From Escherichia phage EC6, in the sequence record JX560968: DNA of 64,000 nt; one strand, 5' to 3'. Positions within the stretch are counted from its first letter, which is position 1. Each line of letters starts with the position of its first letter. Of the stretch, positions 1 through 9,509 are shown one piece after another. Both the position numbers and the translations under genes were made by a program. Below the pieces are notes generated by a model. That model saw only the letters and a program-made list of their open reading frames with translations. It did not search any database and was not told the DNA's origin.

Positions 1-14
1 TAGGAGATTCTAAA

Positions 15-512
15 ATGAACAAATTTCAAGCTATCAACTATATTCGTTCCGTCAATGTCATGTCTAAACCTGTTAAAGATACCTACGAATTTCGCTGCAA
101 TGGTGTACACTTTGCAACCATCACCAAATCAGAAAACGGGGTTTATTACGTTCACCGTCGTAATGTTGCAACCGTTGTAGTCCGTCACTTTATGCAAGCT
201 GTCGCGGAACTTCTCCCGATGTTTTTGGGTCTTTACTTGGATGAGTGTAAAAACGTTCGTAACCACGTTAAAAGCCTTTTAAACGGTTATAAAATGGCTT
301 ATGAGCGTTCAATCAAGTACTTAAACAAGTTTTATAAAGCCCCTGTAAACACTGTTTCAATGGCTTATGATGCAACTGGTGATTGGGTTAACCTATCCGA
401 TGTGGAAAAGATTAAACTACATGACCAGCGTCCTGAAGGTTACTGTAAGGCTCTCGGTGAAGGTTTGACTTTCAATATCAAGAACCTAGAAAAAACCTTT
501 AAAAGATATTGA
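15..512 (+). CDS. hypothetical protein (165 aa)
   Basis: Intact ORF preceded by AGGAGA RBS; leader TAGGAGATTCTAAAATG is identical to the one at 601-617. No recognisable motif. Confidence 0.5.
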   Translation: MNKFQAINYIRSVNVMSKPVKDTYEFRCNGVHFATITKSENGVYYVHRRNVATVVVRHFMQAVAELLPMFLGLYLDECKNVRNHVKSLLNGYKMAYERSIKYLNKFYKAPVNTVSMAYDATGDWVNLSDVEKIKLHDQRPEGYCKALGEGLTFNIKNLEKTFKRY

Positions 513-520
513 AAAAGATA

Positions 521-549
521 TTGACGAGACAATCAAAAATCTGTAAATT
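521..549 (+). promoter_or_regulatory. sigma70-like promoter (TTGACG-N17-TAAATT)
   Basis: -35 TTGACG at 521-526, 17-nt spacer, -10 TAAATT at 544-549, upstream of the 615 ORF. Confidence 0.4.
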
Positions 550-614
550 GTCAATCAACGGGGAGGTAATGACCTTCCCCACTAAGTAAAGCCCTTAAAC
601 TAGGAGATTCTAAA

Positions 615-863
615 ATGGCAACTATCCGCGCTACTGTAAATGCTTATGGCTGTTATACTCTGGACGTTAAATTTGATATCGGTGGGACTGATGAATGTTT
701 TTCCTTAGTGAAGACAGTTATCAAGCAAGTTATCCCAGATTATAACCCTACTGATGACTTCTGGAAAGATGCCGTAAAAGAGGCGTTAAACGATGAGTAT
801 CACTATCATTACTGGGGTGATTTGATTGTCTCCCTGTACTACAATAAACAAGGTTACAACTAA
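615..863 (+). CDS. hypothetical protein (82 aa)
   Basis: ORF with the same RBS/start context as the ORF at 15; followed by a terminator hairpin. Confidence 0.45.
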   Translation: MATIRATVNAYGCYTLDVKFDIGGTDECFSLVKTVIKQVIPDYNPTDDFWKDAVKEALNDEYHYHYWGDLIVSLYYNKQGYN

Positions 864-901
864 TCGACGCAACGGGGCTAAATAGCCCCAGATACCTTCA
901 C

Positions 902-925
902 AGCCCCATTTAAGGGGCTTTTTTA
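902..925 (+). terminator. rho-independent terminator
   Basis: Hairpin AGCCCC/GGGGCT followed by T6; a second GGGGCT..AGCCCC palindrome lies just upstream at 874-889. Confidence 0.5.
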
Positions 926-1387
926 CGTCTATGTAATAGCCTCTATACAATCCCTTCCCTTTCCTTTCCTTTCCAGAATCTTACTAGACCTTAAAAGCAA
1001 TAACTCTATAGCTTACTCTATAACCTCTTATCAAATCAACTTAAATAAAAGCCAATAACCCCAGAAAGGGGATGGCCCATTTAAACGCTCTATAAAGCCC
1101 TATAACAGCCTTATCAACCTAACTTAAGGGATTGCATTAACTCACCTTAAAAAGCTCTTTACAGGGCTTTATAGAGGCTTAAAAGAATCTTATAAGGGTG
1201 TAAGCTTTATCATCTCGTTAGCTATCTTGTGAACTACTAAACAAGCCCCTTGTTAGTGTCTTAAAAGTATGTTATAGGGGCTATAAAGTTGCTTAAAAGT
1301 TACGTAAAAGTGGCTATAAAGTTACGTAAATGCTAGCCCCCTTAACATTTTCTTAACAATTTCTTAACAATCCCTACATAGTTATGC

Positions 1388-1431
1388 TTGTTAGTAGCTT
1401 GTTAGTAGCTTGTTAGTAGCTTGTTAGCCCC
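1388..1431. repeat. tandem direct repeat (CTTGTTAGTAG x3 plus partial)
   Basis: Read directly: cttgttagtag cttgttagtag cttgttagtag cttgttagccc. Confidence 0.8.
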
Positions 1432-2526
1432 TTGTTAAATCTCTGTTAATACCACGTAAAAACCTTGTAAGAGTCTTTGGCATAGCCTTAAAAGCCCCTG
1501 TAAAGCCCTATAAAGAGCTATCCATACAGTTGAGGGGTAAATACTAGGAAGATGCTTAAAAGAGCCTATAAAGAGTTATAGAGAGCTTTTAAGAGGTATG
1601 TTTAAGGAATCACTAAGAAAGGAAAGGGAATGATAAGACCAGAGATAGTGACCATGTTAATAGCTTGTTAAAAAGATTAAGCACTTGTTAGGAACTTGTT
1701 AATTATCTTAACAAAATAACTCTTTAAAATTAACTTGTTAGCTCTTGTTAGCCATCTGTTAAGCATCTGTAAAGACTATTCAGCACTTGTTAAGAAACTG
1801 TTACAGCCTTGTTAGTTCTGTTAAGAATCTGTTAAGACCTCTGAAGAGATGTTAAGAAGATGTAGTAACTGTTAAGAGATTGTTAATGATATTTTAAAAT
1901 TCTGCAAAGGGGGTGTTAAGGAGCTGTTAAGGGCTACCAAGCAGATATACATCTTCTACAGATATTTTTCAGTTCCTTCAAAGACCCTAAAAAACGACTT
2001 GATAGTCCTATTTTATAAAAATTTTAAAATTCTGAATAATTACCTAGACAGTCTTTTAAAAATACAGGCATAAACAGGCTTATAAGATACCTTGTTAGTA
2101 CCGTGTTAGACCTTGTGAGATAAGGTCTGTAAAGATATTCCTGTTAAGTTTGTTAAAACAGTCTATATAGAGGCTTAGTAATACCTAGTGAACACCTATA
2201 GAGGGTAACATAGCTAACCTAGAGATTAAGAGGTGTATAGGAGCTTCTAAGAGGGTGTAGAGGTATGGTTAAGGTGATTGTATAGGTTGTTAAGAAGGCT
2301 TGTTAGAAGAGTGTTTAGAAGGGCTATACAGAGGGGCTATTAAGACCACTAGATAGATACTAAGATACTATATAGTACTATATAACTATATAGAGAGTAA
2401 GATTAAGGAGGTTGTTAAGAAGGATAGATATTTTATTCACATATGATGGTGACCCAGAGGTTGGGACAACCGATAAAATTTTATAAAAATTAAAAAGCCC
2501 CCAATTAAGGAGGCTCTTAAGATATT

Positions 2527-3120
2527 TTAAATCAGTGTTTCCAGAACTGTTTTTAGTGATGACTTGGTTGTCTGATAAAAATGAGTAAATCCATTGTTAT
2601 TATCGAATACCTGCATCATGATATCATCACCCTTGATTGGGTAAACTCGAATATCGTAGTGAAAACCATTAAAGACACAAGAACCACTACAGAATGCTCT
2701 AAAGTCATCCACTGAGATATACTCTTCATGGCCTGTGATTTTTATACAAACACCTTTACTCGGTCTCTTAGGGTTGATATCTTCCATCACAGACATACTC
2801 TGCCCACCAAGAGAGACCATAGTGACCACTTTACGGTTCTTCTGTCTAAAGTACATCTTAACTTTCTGTAAAGTGTCTTCATAGAACGGATAAGACCTTT
2901 CTACAAAGATTCCTTCAAGTGGCTCTTTACCATTTTCAACTTCTCGGTTATGCCGTACTGCAAAGATAATTTGTTGGAACCAGTCAAGATTTTCTTCGGA
3001 GAGTCCTTCCCGAATATCATTCCAGTCAAGGACTAGATAGTTACCTTCAACTTCTTTTAAGTTGTCTTCTTTCATAACTATCACACCATTATCGTAAAAC
3101 TTGGTAAGCTGGAACTGCAA
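2527..3120 (-). CDS. hypothetical protein (197 aa)
   Basis: Long ORF in the minus-strand gene block; no recognised motif. Confidence 0.5.
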   Translation of the reverse strand: MQFQLTKFYDNGVIVMKEDNLKEVEGNYLVLDWNDIREGLSEENLDWFQQIIFAVRHNREVENGKEPLEGIFVERSYPFYEDTLQKVKMYFRQKNRKVVTMVSLGGQSMSVMEDINPKRPSKGVCIKITGHEEYISVDDFRAFCSGSCVFNGFHYDIRVYPIKGDDIMMQVFDNNNGFTHFYQTTKSSLKTVLETLI

Positions 3121-3553
3121 ACTTGTTGCTGTTGTTCTTAATGAGGTCTTCTTCTGTTACTAAGAATGTAATCCCACATAAGTGTGTGTAGTGGCTATCA
3201 TACTCAAATATTTTAAATAAGTATTTACCATCGTGATAAACAGATTCTACTACACCTTTTGCAACAATCTTTCCAGTCTTGAAGTCTTTAAGGTGGTATA
3301 CATTACCAACTTTAGGAACTGTTTTCATCTCAGGTTCTTTTAGCTCCTCACCAGCTTCTACATCGCCTAGTAAGTAAGAACTCTCAAACGCTACATATTG
3401 CATATAAGCTTCTGAACATTCCCAGATAAAACAATGTACAAGAACCTTAGCAGCATGTCTTGAGCAATTCAACTCATCACAGATTTCTTTGTACATTTCA
3501 TCTTTAGTTGAATTGGTAAGCATTGCTTTTCGAACTGTTTCTTTAATTTTCAT
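3089..3553 (-). CDS. hypothetical protein (154 aa; start may be internal)
   Basis: ORF overlapping neighbours on both sides; Cys/His-containing N-terminus. Confidence 0.4.
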   Translation of the reverse strand: MKIKETVRKAMLTNSTKDEMYKEICDELNCSRHAAKVLVHCFIWECSEAYMQYVAFESSYLLGDVEAGEELKEPEMKTVPKVGNVYHLKDFKTGKIVAKGVVESVYHDGKYLFKIFEYDSHYTHLCGITFLVTEEDLIKNNSNKFAVPAYQVLR

Positions 3554-3971
3554 AAGCTCTCCGAATAACCCTATTAAGCATCTCTAAAGTCAGCTTTCCA
3601 GATTCTAAATGTGGCATAATGAGCTTTAAAGCTTCTTCAACATCATGCACAACATCTATTATACCTTCTTCATAGGCTTCTACAAGGATATCTTTTACAT
3701 TTTGTGATTTACCTTTTTGTGGTATCACTAGACGCATATCAAACTCATTTGCTTGAGGATGGTTCTTACCTTGCCAATAACCGTCTTTGTTAAAGCTGAT
3801 GTAGTCACCATGATAAAAGTGTACACCATTAGCTTTAAACTTTTCCAGCACAAGGCATTGAATGGGGTATTCAGTATTCCAATCCCTAACTCCTATAGCC
3901 TTCACTGTTGCGATATACTTCTGTGTTTTTGCATCTACGATGTCAAGTTCTTGACCAGCAATGATTTGCAT
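3543..3971 (-). CDS. hypothetical protein (142 aa)
   Basis: ORF in minus-strand block. Confidence 0.5.
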   Translation of the reverse strand: MQIIAGQELDIVDAKTQKYIATVKAIGVRDWNTEYPIQCLVLEKFKANGVHFYHGDYISFNKDGYWQGKNHPQANEFDMRLVIPQKGKSQNVKDILVEAYEEGIIDVVHDVEEALKLIMPHLESGKLTLEMLNRVIRRAYEN

Positions 3972-4025
3972 ATTCGCTACCTTCTAAGTTTCTATAAAGG
4001 GGCTATCAAGTAACCCCTCAAGTTA

Positions 4026-4250
4026 CTACTCAGACTTTTCAGCCTTCTTATCGGATTTCTTACTAGTCTTCTTCTCAGCTTTCTGCTCAGGTTCCTTTTC
4101 AGAAGTTGCCTTGATAACCATATCAAGAAGCTCTGATAAGTCACTCTTCAGCAAAGTAACAGGCTGCTCATTGTAGAAGTTTTTGTCAAGATAAACTTTG
4201 AACTCTTCTATAGAAGGAAATCCAAAAATTGGTACAGGTGTCTTAATCAT
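4026..4250 (-). CDS. hypothetical protein (74 aa, Lys/Glu-rich C-terminus)
   Basis: Small ORF in operon context. Confidence 0.4.
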   Translation of the reverse strand: MIKTPVPIFGFPSIEEFKVYLDKNFYNEQPVTLLKSDLSELLDMVIKATSEKEPEQKAEKKTSKKSDKKAEKSE

Positions 4251-4326
4251 TACTTAGTCTCTCCATAGGCATCTTTCAAGATTGCCTTGTTAATCATTTC
4301 AGCGATTGCAAAACGAACACATACAG

Positions 4327-4830
4327 CTATAATTGTAGGTTGCATTCTTTACTTACCTCTTCAAGTTTAACCTCAGAATCCTTAAGTCGTTTCTTATGAA
4401 CTCTGAATCTTATTAGTGAGATGATGATACCAACTAAAGGGACAACATACAAGTACCAAACATCATATACCTTTGCAGTAATCTGTGTAATGGTCAAGTC
4501 TTGAGCTATGTAGCTGATTGCTGAGACGGCTAGTAATGTTGCTAAGAAGAAAACCAGTATCATAACAATATTCAGACAACCTCTGGCATGGTATTCATGC
4601 TTAATGCACTTATTCTTCTCTTCAACAACCCTGTTGTAGTCATTTGTAAAGTCTCTGTAGAAAGCTTTCAAGTATTCTTGACTGTAGCCTTCAAAGCAAC
4701 CTGTACCGTACCAATAATCACCACCGAAATGTGCTATGATACCAGTATCTCCATTTGGTTTGGTTACTTTCAAAGAAGTATGATGGCGAGTGTCCTGATA
4801 ATCTATCTTATATCTTTCTTCGTAAATCAT
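4327..4830 (-). CDS. predicted membrane protein (167 aa)
   Basis: Two hydrophobic helix-like segments (VMILVFFLATLLAVSAISYI, YLYVVPLVGIIISLI) after a soluble N-terminal domain. Confidence 0.45.
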   Translation of the reverse strand: MIYEERYKIDYQDTRHHTSLKVTKPNGDTGIIAHFGGDYWYGTGCFEGYSQEYLKAFYRDFTNDYNRVVEEKNKCIKHEYHARGCLNIVMILVFFLATLLAVSAISYIAQDLTITQITAKVYDVWYLYVVPLVGIIISLIRFRVHKKRLKDSEVKLEEVSKECNLQL

Positions 4831-5045
4831 TTTTCAATCCCTCTCAATCGTTTGTTCCACTCAAGGTCAACAAGTCTTTGCAGGACTTTCCCTCTAGGTG
4901 TTACACCTTTTAAATCTGCATCGTAACAATGGTAAAAATCACCTTCAGCATGTCTACCATAGCATTTTCTGATGTTCTGACTTCTACGATACTGCTCTAA
5001 TAGGGACAGTTTGTAGTAATCTTCAACTGTAGTTAGTTTTTTCAT
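4827..5045 (-). CDS. hypothetical protein (72 aa)
   Basis: Small ORF; stop overlaps the downstream start. Confidence 0.4.
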   Translation of the reverse strand: MKKLTTVEDYYKLSLLEQYRRSQNIRKCYGRHAEGDFYHCYDADLKGVTPRGKVLQRLVDLEWNKRLRGIEK

Positions 5046-5384
5046 TCTTTCACCACATATCTTCTCAAGAAACTAAAAAGGGAACTACCTCTCGATAGCT
5101 CCCATCATAGTTAATGTTGTATATTCGGTCAAGAGTATTTTTTAGGCAGTAATGCACTGCGCTTGTTGCTCTCTTCACTCAATAGTGCGATAAACTCATC
5201 ACCTTTCCCTTTCCACGGGCTGAATGTAGGGATGTGCTCCCTGATAGCATCAATCACTGTTTTCAGGGCGTTGTTCTTTAACCACCAATCAGACACTGCC
5301 GAAGCTACAATGTAGTAAGCACCGTCATCTGTGAAGATTGGCTCAGAGATACATGGTGAAATCATAGTGGTAATGATAGAACCA

Positions 5385-5711
5385 TTATTCATGTAGTATG
5401 TTCTTTTTTTCAACCTTATCAAGAAGCTTATGAAGGTCTGCAAAGAGACTTACCACCTCTTTATGGTCAATATCTTTTTCAAGATTTGCCCTGTATTTCA
5501 ATAGTGCAGCATCAACCTCTTTATCATTGAATTTGAAGTATTGGACTTCTTCATTCACACATACACTGATATTGTTGGTGTTTATCGTCAATTTGCACAG
5601 TTTGACTGGAGAATTGATGTTGGTCTGAAAAAGTGCTACACAGCCTTCTACATTCCCGAAATGTTTGACTAATGTAACTTCTGGTTGGATATGTTCATGC
5701 TCTTCTGACAT
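5385..5711 (-). CDS. hypothetical protein (108 aa)
   Basis: ORF in minus block; the overlapping ORF 5129-5443 may be a separate short gene with an internal start. Confidence 0.45.
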   Translation of the reverse strand: MSEEHEHIQPEVTLVKHFGNVEGCVALFQTNINSPVKLCKLTINTNNISVCVNEEVQYFKFNDKEVDAALLKYRANLEKDIDHKEVVSLFADLHKLLDKVEKKNILHE

Positions 5712-5989
5712 TATAGTTTCCTCATTAAATACTTTTTAAGTTGTGTGTTAGGTTTCTCAAAAACTTCTATAGAAGATATCTTGACAGACTCACCACGCAT
5801 ACCTGTATGTTTAAATATGTAATACTCTAACATCCCTATGTACTTTGCTGGTAAGTCATGTTTGACATAGACTGTTACAGAATCTTCAAATTCAACAACC
5901 TTTGTACCATCCTTGTAGTTAAACTCTCTAGGGTGGTTGTAGTTATCAATGTCATACATTAAAAACGAGTCTTTTCCGTTGCATGTCAA
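5711..5989 (-). CDS. hypothetical protein (92 aa)
   Basis: ORF in minus block. Confidence 0.45.
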   Translation of the reverse strand: MTCNGKDSFLMYDIDNYNHPREFNYKDGTKVVEFEDSVTVYVKHDLPAKYIGMLEYYIFKHTGMRGESVKISSIEVFEKPNTQLKKYLMRKL

Positions 5990-6048
5990 GCTTATTGGTT
6001 AAAGACTCTTTGATGTCTGAGAAGTTTTTGTACACTGTGACATGGAGC

Positions 6049-6342
6049 TTATTCATCGTTAAACTCTCTGACGAAGAAATAGTTGACTTTATTATTACCT
6101 ACCATAAGGTCAAAGCAGGTATTCTCAAAAGGTTTGTTGTAGGCATCGTATGAAGTGTACGTATCAGCTACTTGTTTAGTATTGAGCTTTTTACTTGATG
6201 GGTTTAAGAGGCCACCATACAGTTTCTTGATAGCCTCTTCTACAACAGACCAGATAATTTCGTCAGTAATTTCTTCGTACAGGTCAAGTTCACGCTCTAG
6301 TGAGAAGTCACAAATAGGGAAGATAACCTGTACTTTGCTCAT
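6049..6342 (-). CDS. hypothetical protein (97 aa)
   Basis: ORF in minus block. Confidence 0.45.
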   Translation of the reverse strand: MSKVQVIFPICDFSLERELDLYEEITDEIIWSVVEEAIKKLYGGLLNPSSKKLNTKQVADTYTSYDAYNKPFENTCFDLMVGNNKVNYFFVREFNDE

Positions 6343-6737
6343 TAACGAATAACCTGTGAAACTTGAATTGCTTCAGTTACAGACAAATCACCAACTTTCT
6401 CTTCTTTGATGAAAGTAAAGGTGAGTTCAACAGGTTCTTGCTCTTCTTGCTCAACTGGAATACCGTTAAGCTCATCAAAGATTGATTGGGTAGTCCAGTC
6501 TTCTCCACCATCTGGATAGTGGATGGCATAAAGAGGAAACTCTAAATTATACCAAGCAAAAACAGGACAACCGTCTGCATCATCTCGGCATCTGTGGAGG
6601 TACGTATTTGTACCTTCAAAATGCAAATGAAGATTGCCATTCTTCTCAAATAGAAGAGCATCTCGCAGGTCTAGTTCCTTATTTTCGCTGTAACGACTGA
6701 CATCAACTTTAACGTGGATATGACTGTTATTATTCAT
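6342..6737 (-). CDS. hypothetical protein (131 aa)
   Basis: ORF in minus block. Confidence 0.45.
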   Translation of the reverse strand: MNNNSHIHVKVDVSRYSENKELDLRDALLFEKNGNLHLHFEGTNTYLHRCRDDADGCPVFAWYNLEFPLYAIHYPDGGEDWTTQSIFDELNGIPVEQEEQEPVELTFTFIKEEKVGDLSVTEAIQVSQVIR

Positions 6738-7128
6738 AAAAACCTCTCTCTGCTTGTTCGATTTTTGCTCTTAAAGTTTCGCAATGCTGTAAATGGTAGT
6801 TAGCTTCTTGTTCATGTGTTGCTAACTGCCTTTCAAGAACAGTTTTATAGTAACCTGCAAGTTGCTCTTTTGTCAATGGGTGCTCTGAAATAATATCAAG
6901 TCCACTTTCACCAAGAGGATTGAATTGTCCATGCTCATTGACATTGTAAGTCTCAAACTTGAACATACCATTGTTCACAGACTCAATAGGTGACAGTTCA
7001 ACAAGCTCTACAGTAAACCGTGTATACACCTTGTCACCTCTTGAAACTACATTGTTTCCAATGATGCGTACAAGTGAACCGTTACGAGTGTACTTAAAAG
7101 CCCCAAAGTCACTAGCCCAAAGTTTCAT
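6730..7128 (-). CDS. hypothetical protein (132 aa)
   Basis: ORF in minus block. Confidence 0.45.
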   Translation of the reverse strand: MKLWASDFGAFKYTRNGSLVRIIGNNVVSRGDKVYTRFTVELVELSPIESVNNGMFKFETYNVNEHGQFNPLGESGLDIISEHPLTKEQLAGYYKTVLERQLATHEQEANYHLQHCETLRAKIEQAERGFYE

Positions 7129-7145
7129 AGTTTTCTCCTTAGAAA

Positions 7146-7170
7146 ATAAAAAAGGCTCCCGAAGGAGCCT
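7146..7170 (-). terminator. rho-independent terminator (minus strand)
   Basis: Hairpin GGCTCC-cgaa-GGAGCC; the plus-strand A-run just upstream gives a U-run after the hairpin on the minus transcript, directly downstream of the lysozyme gene. Confidence 0.5.
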
Positions 7171-7179
7171 ATGAAGATA

Positions 7180-7644
7180 TTACTTTGGATATACACTGTC
7201 AAGATAAATGTCAGCTTCCATTCTACGTCTGTTTTTCAAGCCGTTTGAAGTGACCTTCTTACCTTTGACTGTAATCTTGTTCCACCACTGCATAGCTTCT
7301 GCACAACCTACCTTATTACCAGCATTGTGGCGCTTGATAAATGTAGAATCCTGCATAGCTGTGATACCGATGTTGTATGTTTCACTTACAAGTGCATCGA
7401 ACTCATTCTGAGAAGTTGGAACCTTGATAGCTTTGTTCACTGCTGCAACAAACTTTTCAACATCTGCGAGAAGATACTGTTCAGCTTGTTCAGCCGTGAT
7501 TTTCATACCCATCTTAACAGGTTTTCCGTCAATACGGATTGTACCATACCCAATTGTTGGGATTCCGGCAGAGTCTTTGTAAGCCTCTAACTTCAGACCT
7601 TCAAAGAACTTAATAGCTTCTAAACCTTTTCTTGAGAGTTGCAT
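7180..7644 (-). CDS. lysozyme / endolysin, GH24 (T4 E-like) family
   Basis: N-terminal motif EGLKLEAYKDSAGIPTIGYG matches the catalytic Glu/Asp/Thr region of T4-type lysozymes; 154 aa. Confidence 0.7.
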   Translation of the reverse strand: MQLSRKGLEAIKFFEGLKLEAYKDSAGIPTIGYGTIRIDGKPVKMGMKITAEQAEQYLLADVEKFVAAVNKAIKVPTSQNEFDALVSETYNIGITAMQDSTFIKRHNAGNKVGCAEAMQWWNKITVKGKKVTSNGLKNRRRMEADIYLDSVYPK

Positions 7645-8276
7645 TATGCCCCTCCTGCTGGGTTAACTGTAACTGTTGCTGCATTAGATGTTACAGAGCC
7701 ACCTGCACCAGTTACTACGCAAGTGTAGCTTCCTGCATCAGCAGTAGTTGCACCTTCTTTGGTGTAAGTTGCAGTCGTTGCGTCTGGGATGTCTTCCTCA
7801 CCCTTCTTCCACTGATATCCAGTGGCGTTAGTTGCGATAACGCTTAAGGTGAGCGTGCCACCCTCATTGACCGTTTGGTTTGTTGGTTGTTGAGTAATTG
7901 CTGGTGGCTTAATAGCATCCTTCAGCTTAGCATTCAACATTGAGAAAGGTTTAACTCTTGCCAGCCATTCACAGTAAATTGTGTCAACATCTTTACCGTT
8001 GATGATTGCATACTGTAAATCCATGAAGAAATCAGCAGTCCTCATCTGTGCACCAACACTGTAAAGGAGCTCATCACTAAAAGGGACTTTGTAGTCTGGT
8101 TTGTAGTCAAACTTCTCAACCTCTGCAATATCAGCTTCAGGCCAATATGAGCTATAGGTGAGTGGTAAAATAGCTTCTTGATATGTTCTAAAATCATATC
8201 TCTTACCAGCCTTTACATTTGCAATGAAGCCCTTTACAAATTCTTTGAAGTCTGGATAAGTCTTTGCTTTAATCAT
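7644..8276 (-). CDS. hypothetical protein with C-terminal Ig-like domain (210 aa)
   Basis: C-terminal GGTLTLSV...YQWKK...DAGSYTCVV pattern typical of Ig/I-set-like domains; N-terminal 130 aa is paralogous to the next gene. Confidence 0.5.
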   Translation of the reverse strand: MIKAKTYPDFKEFVKGFIANVKAGKRYDFRTYQEAILPLTYSSYWPEADIAEVEKFDYKPDYKVPFSDELLYSVGAQMRTADFFMDLQYAIINGKDVDTIYCEWLARVKPFSMLNAKLKDAIKPPAITQQPTNQTVNEGGTLTLSVIATNATGYQWKKGEEDIPDATTATYTKEGATTADAGSYTCVVTGAGGSVTSNAATVTVNPAGGA

Positions 8277-8644
8277 TTCTTTTTAGCCTCTAAACGTGCG
8301 TTTAATCTGAAATAGCCTTTATGTTGTGGAGATACATCACCAACAACAATACCTTCAACTTTATAACCCTTACCAATTACATACTGGATATCCATAAGAA
8401 ACGTACCAAGCCCAACAATGTGGAACATTGGGTATAGTAACTTATCTGAATCTGGGAGTTTAATGTCTGGGTTATAGGTAGGTTGCTCGGCAGTTGGTGT
8501 AATATCCTCTTCAGGCCATCTACTCATTCTCCATGTTAAAGGTGATGAAATAACATCGTTAAGATTGTATTTTTCACCATTCTCCACGGAGCGGATATAG
8601 GATTGTAGGAAGCAATAAAAGTCTTTTGCACTCTTAGCCTTCAT
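8273..8644 (-). CDS. hypothetical protein, paralog of N-domain of the 7644-8276 product
   Basis: Shared blocks: RWPEEDI vs YWPEADI, DxxLLYxxxxxxxxxFxMDxQYxI. Confidence 0.5.
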   Translation of the reverse strand: MKAKSAKDFYCFLQSYIRSVENGEKYNLNDVISSPLTWRMSRWPEEDITPTAEQPTYNPDIKLPDSDKLLYPMFHIVGLGTFLMDIQYVIGKGYKVEGIVVGDVSPQHKGYFRLNARLEAKKK

Positions 8645-8691
8645 TAAATATCCTTATAAATAGATAAAGGGGCGTTAGCCCCTGTTTACAC

Positions 8692-9282
8692 TTAAGCTTT
8701 GGTCTTAAGTAGGTTCTTAAGCTTTTTGAGATTCATGCTCTCATCAAACTTAAAACCAAATCCATTGACATAATCAATGAACTCGGATTTCTTACTAAGT
8801 GATAGTGCGTAACTCATATCGAAGTTATTACTTGTTTCTGCGTCTGGACTAGAGTTCACATCAAATGAAATTTCTGTAGGTTCTTGTTTGCTGCTTCTCA
8901 TATTATCAATCAATAGACAGGTATAGTTTGCCGGATAGAAGTTAACACTCCCATCAACATACCCATACTTATTATTGTGAATGAGGCTGGAAAATACCTT
9001 AAGAAATGTTTCTGCGTCGTGGCATACAAGTTTGAATTGACTGCATTCACCAAGAGCCACTAAAGAGTAAGGGCTTTCACTATCAATGTCATAATTCGGA
9101 TTTGATGTTGTAACCGTCACACGCATCAGGTTATTGGCGATAGTCTTCTGCTTAAAAGAATTTGGAACATAGTGAAGACCTCTGTCACACTGATTAACTA
9201 ACTCTTTCAATAGGTCGTTTGCATATGGTGAATTAATTGATACAGAGCCATCACTATTGTAATTAAAACTTACTGTTAACAT
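8692..9282 (-). CDS. hypothetical protein (196 aa)
   Basis: ORF in minus block. Confidence 0.45.
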   Translation of the reverse strand: MLTVSFNYNSDGSVSINSPYANDLLKELVNQCDRGLHYVPNSFKQKTIANNLMRVTVTTSNPNYDIDSESPYSLVALGECSQFKLVCHDAETFLKVFSSLIHNNKYGYVDGSVNFYPANYTCLLIDNMRSSKQEPTEISFDVNSSPDAETSNNFDMSYALSLSKKSEFIDYVNGFGFKFDESMNLKKLKNLLKTKA

Positions 9283-9509
9283 TTTTCAGTTCTCCTGCGA
9301 TTTATAATTTTGCTGCAATAGAGAAACGAAGTAAACTCACTGGAAGAAACCATTAAGTGTTGTTCACTAGATTGAGCCATTGCCCTGAAATACATTCCAG
9401 TCAAAGCATCATAGTGACTATTCTTTCCAATTGAGGTTATATAGCCATGACTCTTTGCAGTTTGATATAAATCTATAATATCTGCGATTTCTAATTGGGA
9501 ACTACACAT
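9276..9509 (-). CDS. hypothetical protein (77 aa)
   Basis: Small ORF. Confidence 0.35.
   Translation of the reverse strand: MCSSQLEIADIIDLYQTAKSHGYITSIGKNSHYDALTGMYFRAMAQSSEQHLMVSSSEFTSFLYCSKIINRRRTEKC

Larger units (their letters stand above)
864..2526. repeat. 1.66-kb non-coding repeat-dense region (YTGTTAR and CTATAAAG motif arrays)
   Basis: No ORF of 60 codons or more; about 33 copies of the core TGTTA(A/G) (CTTGTTAG, CTGTTAAG, TTGTTAAG) on both strands, plus CTATAAAG-type motifs, a CCTTTC microsatellite near 952-974 and ACTATATA repeats at 2367-2396. Confidence 0.7.

Noticed and set aside
864-2526. CRISPR array in the repeat-dense region
   Set aside because: Repeat units are only 7-11 nt, irregularly spaced and on both strands; no 25-40-nt direct repeats with unique spacers.
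4588-4926. 112-aa plus-strand ORF in the early minus-strand block
   Set aside because: Antisense to the membrane-protein gene 4327-4830; hydrophobic mirror translation; a shadow ORF.
7208-7847. Plus-strand ORFs 7208-7411, 7327-7590 and 7632-7847 overlapping the lysozyme and Ig-like genes
   Set aside because: Cys-rich, low-complexity translations antisense to well-supported genes.
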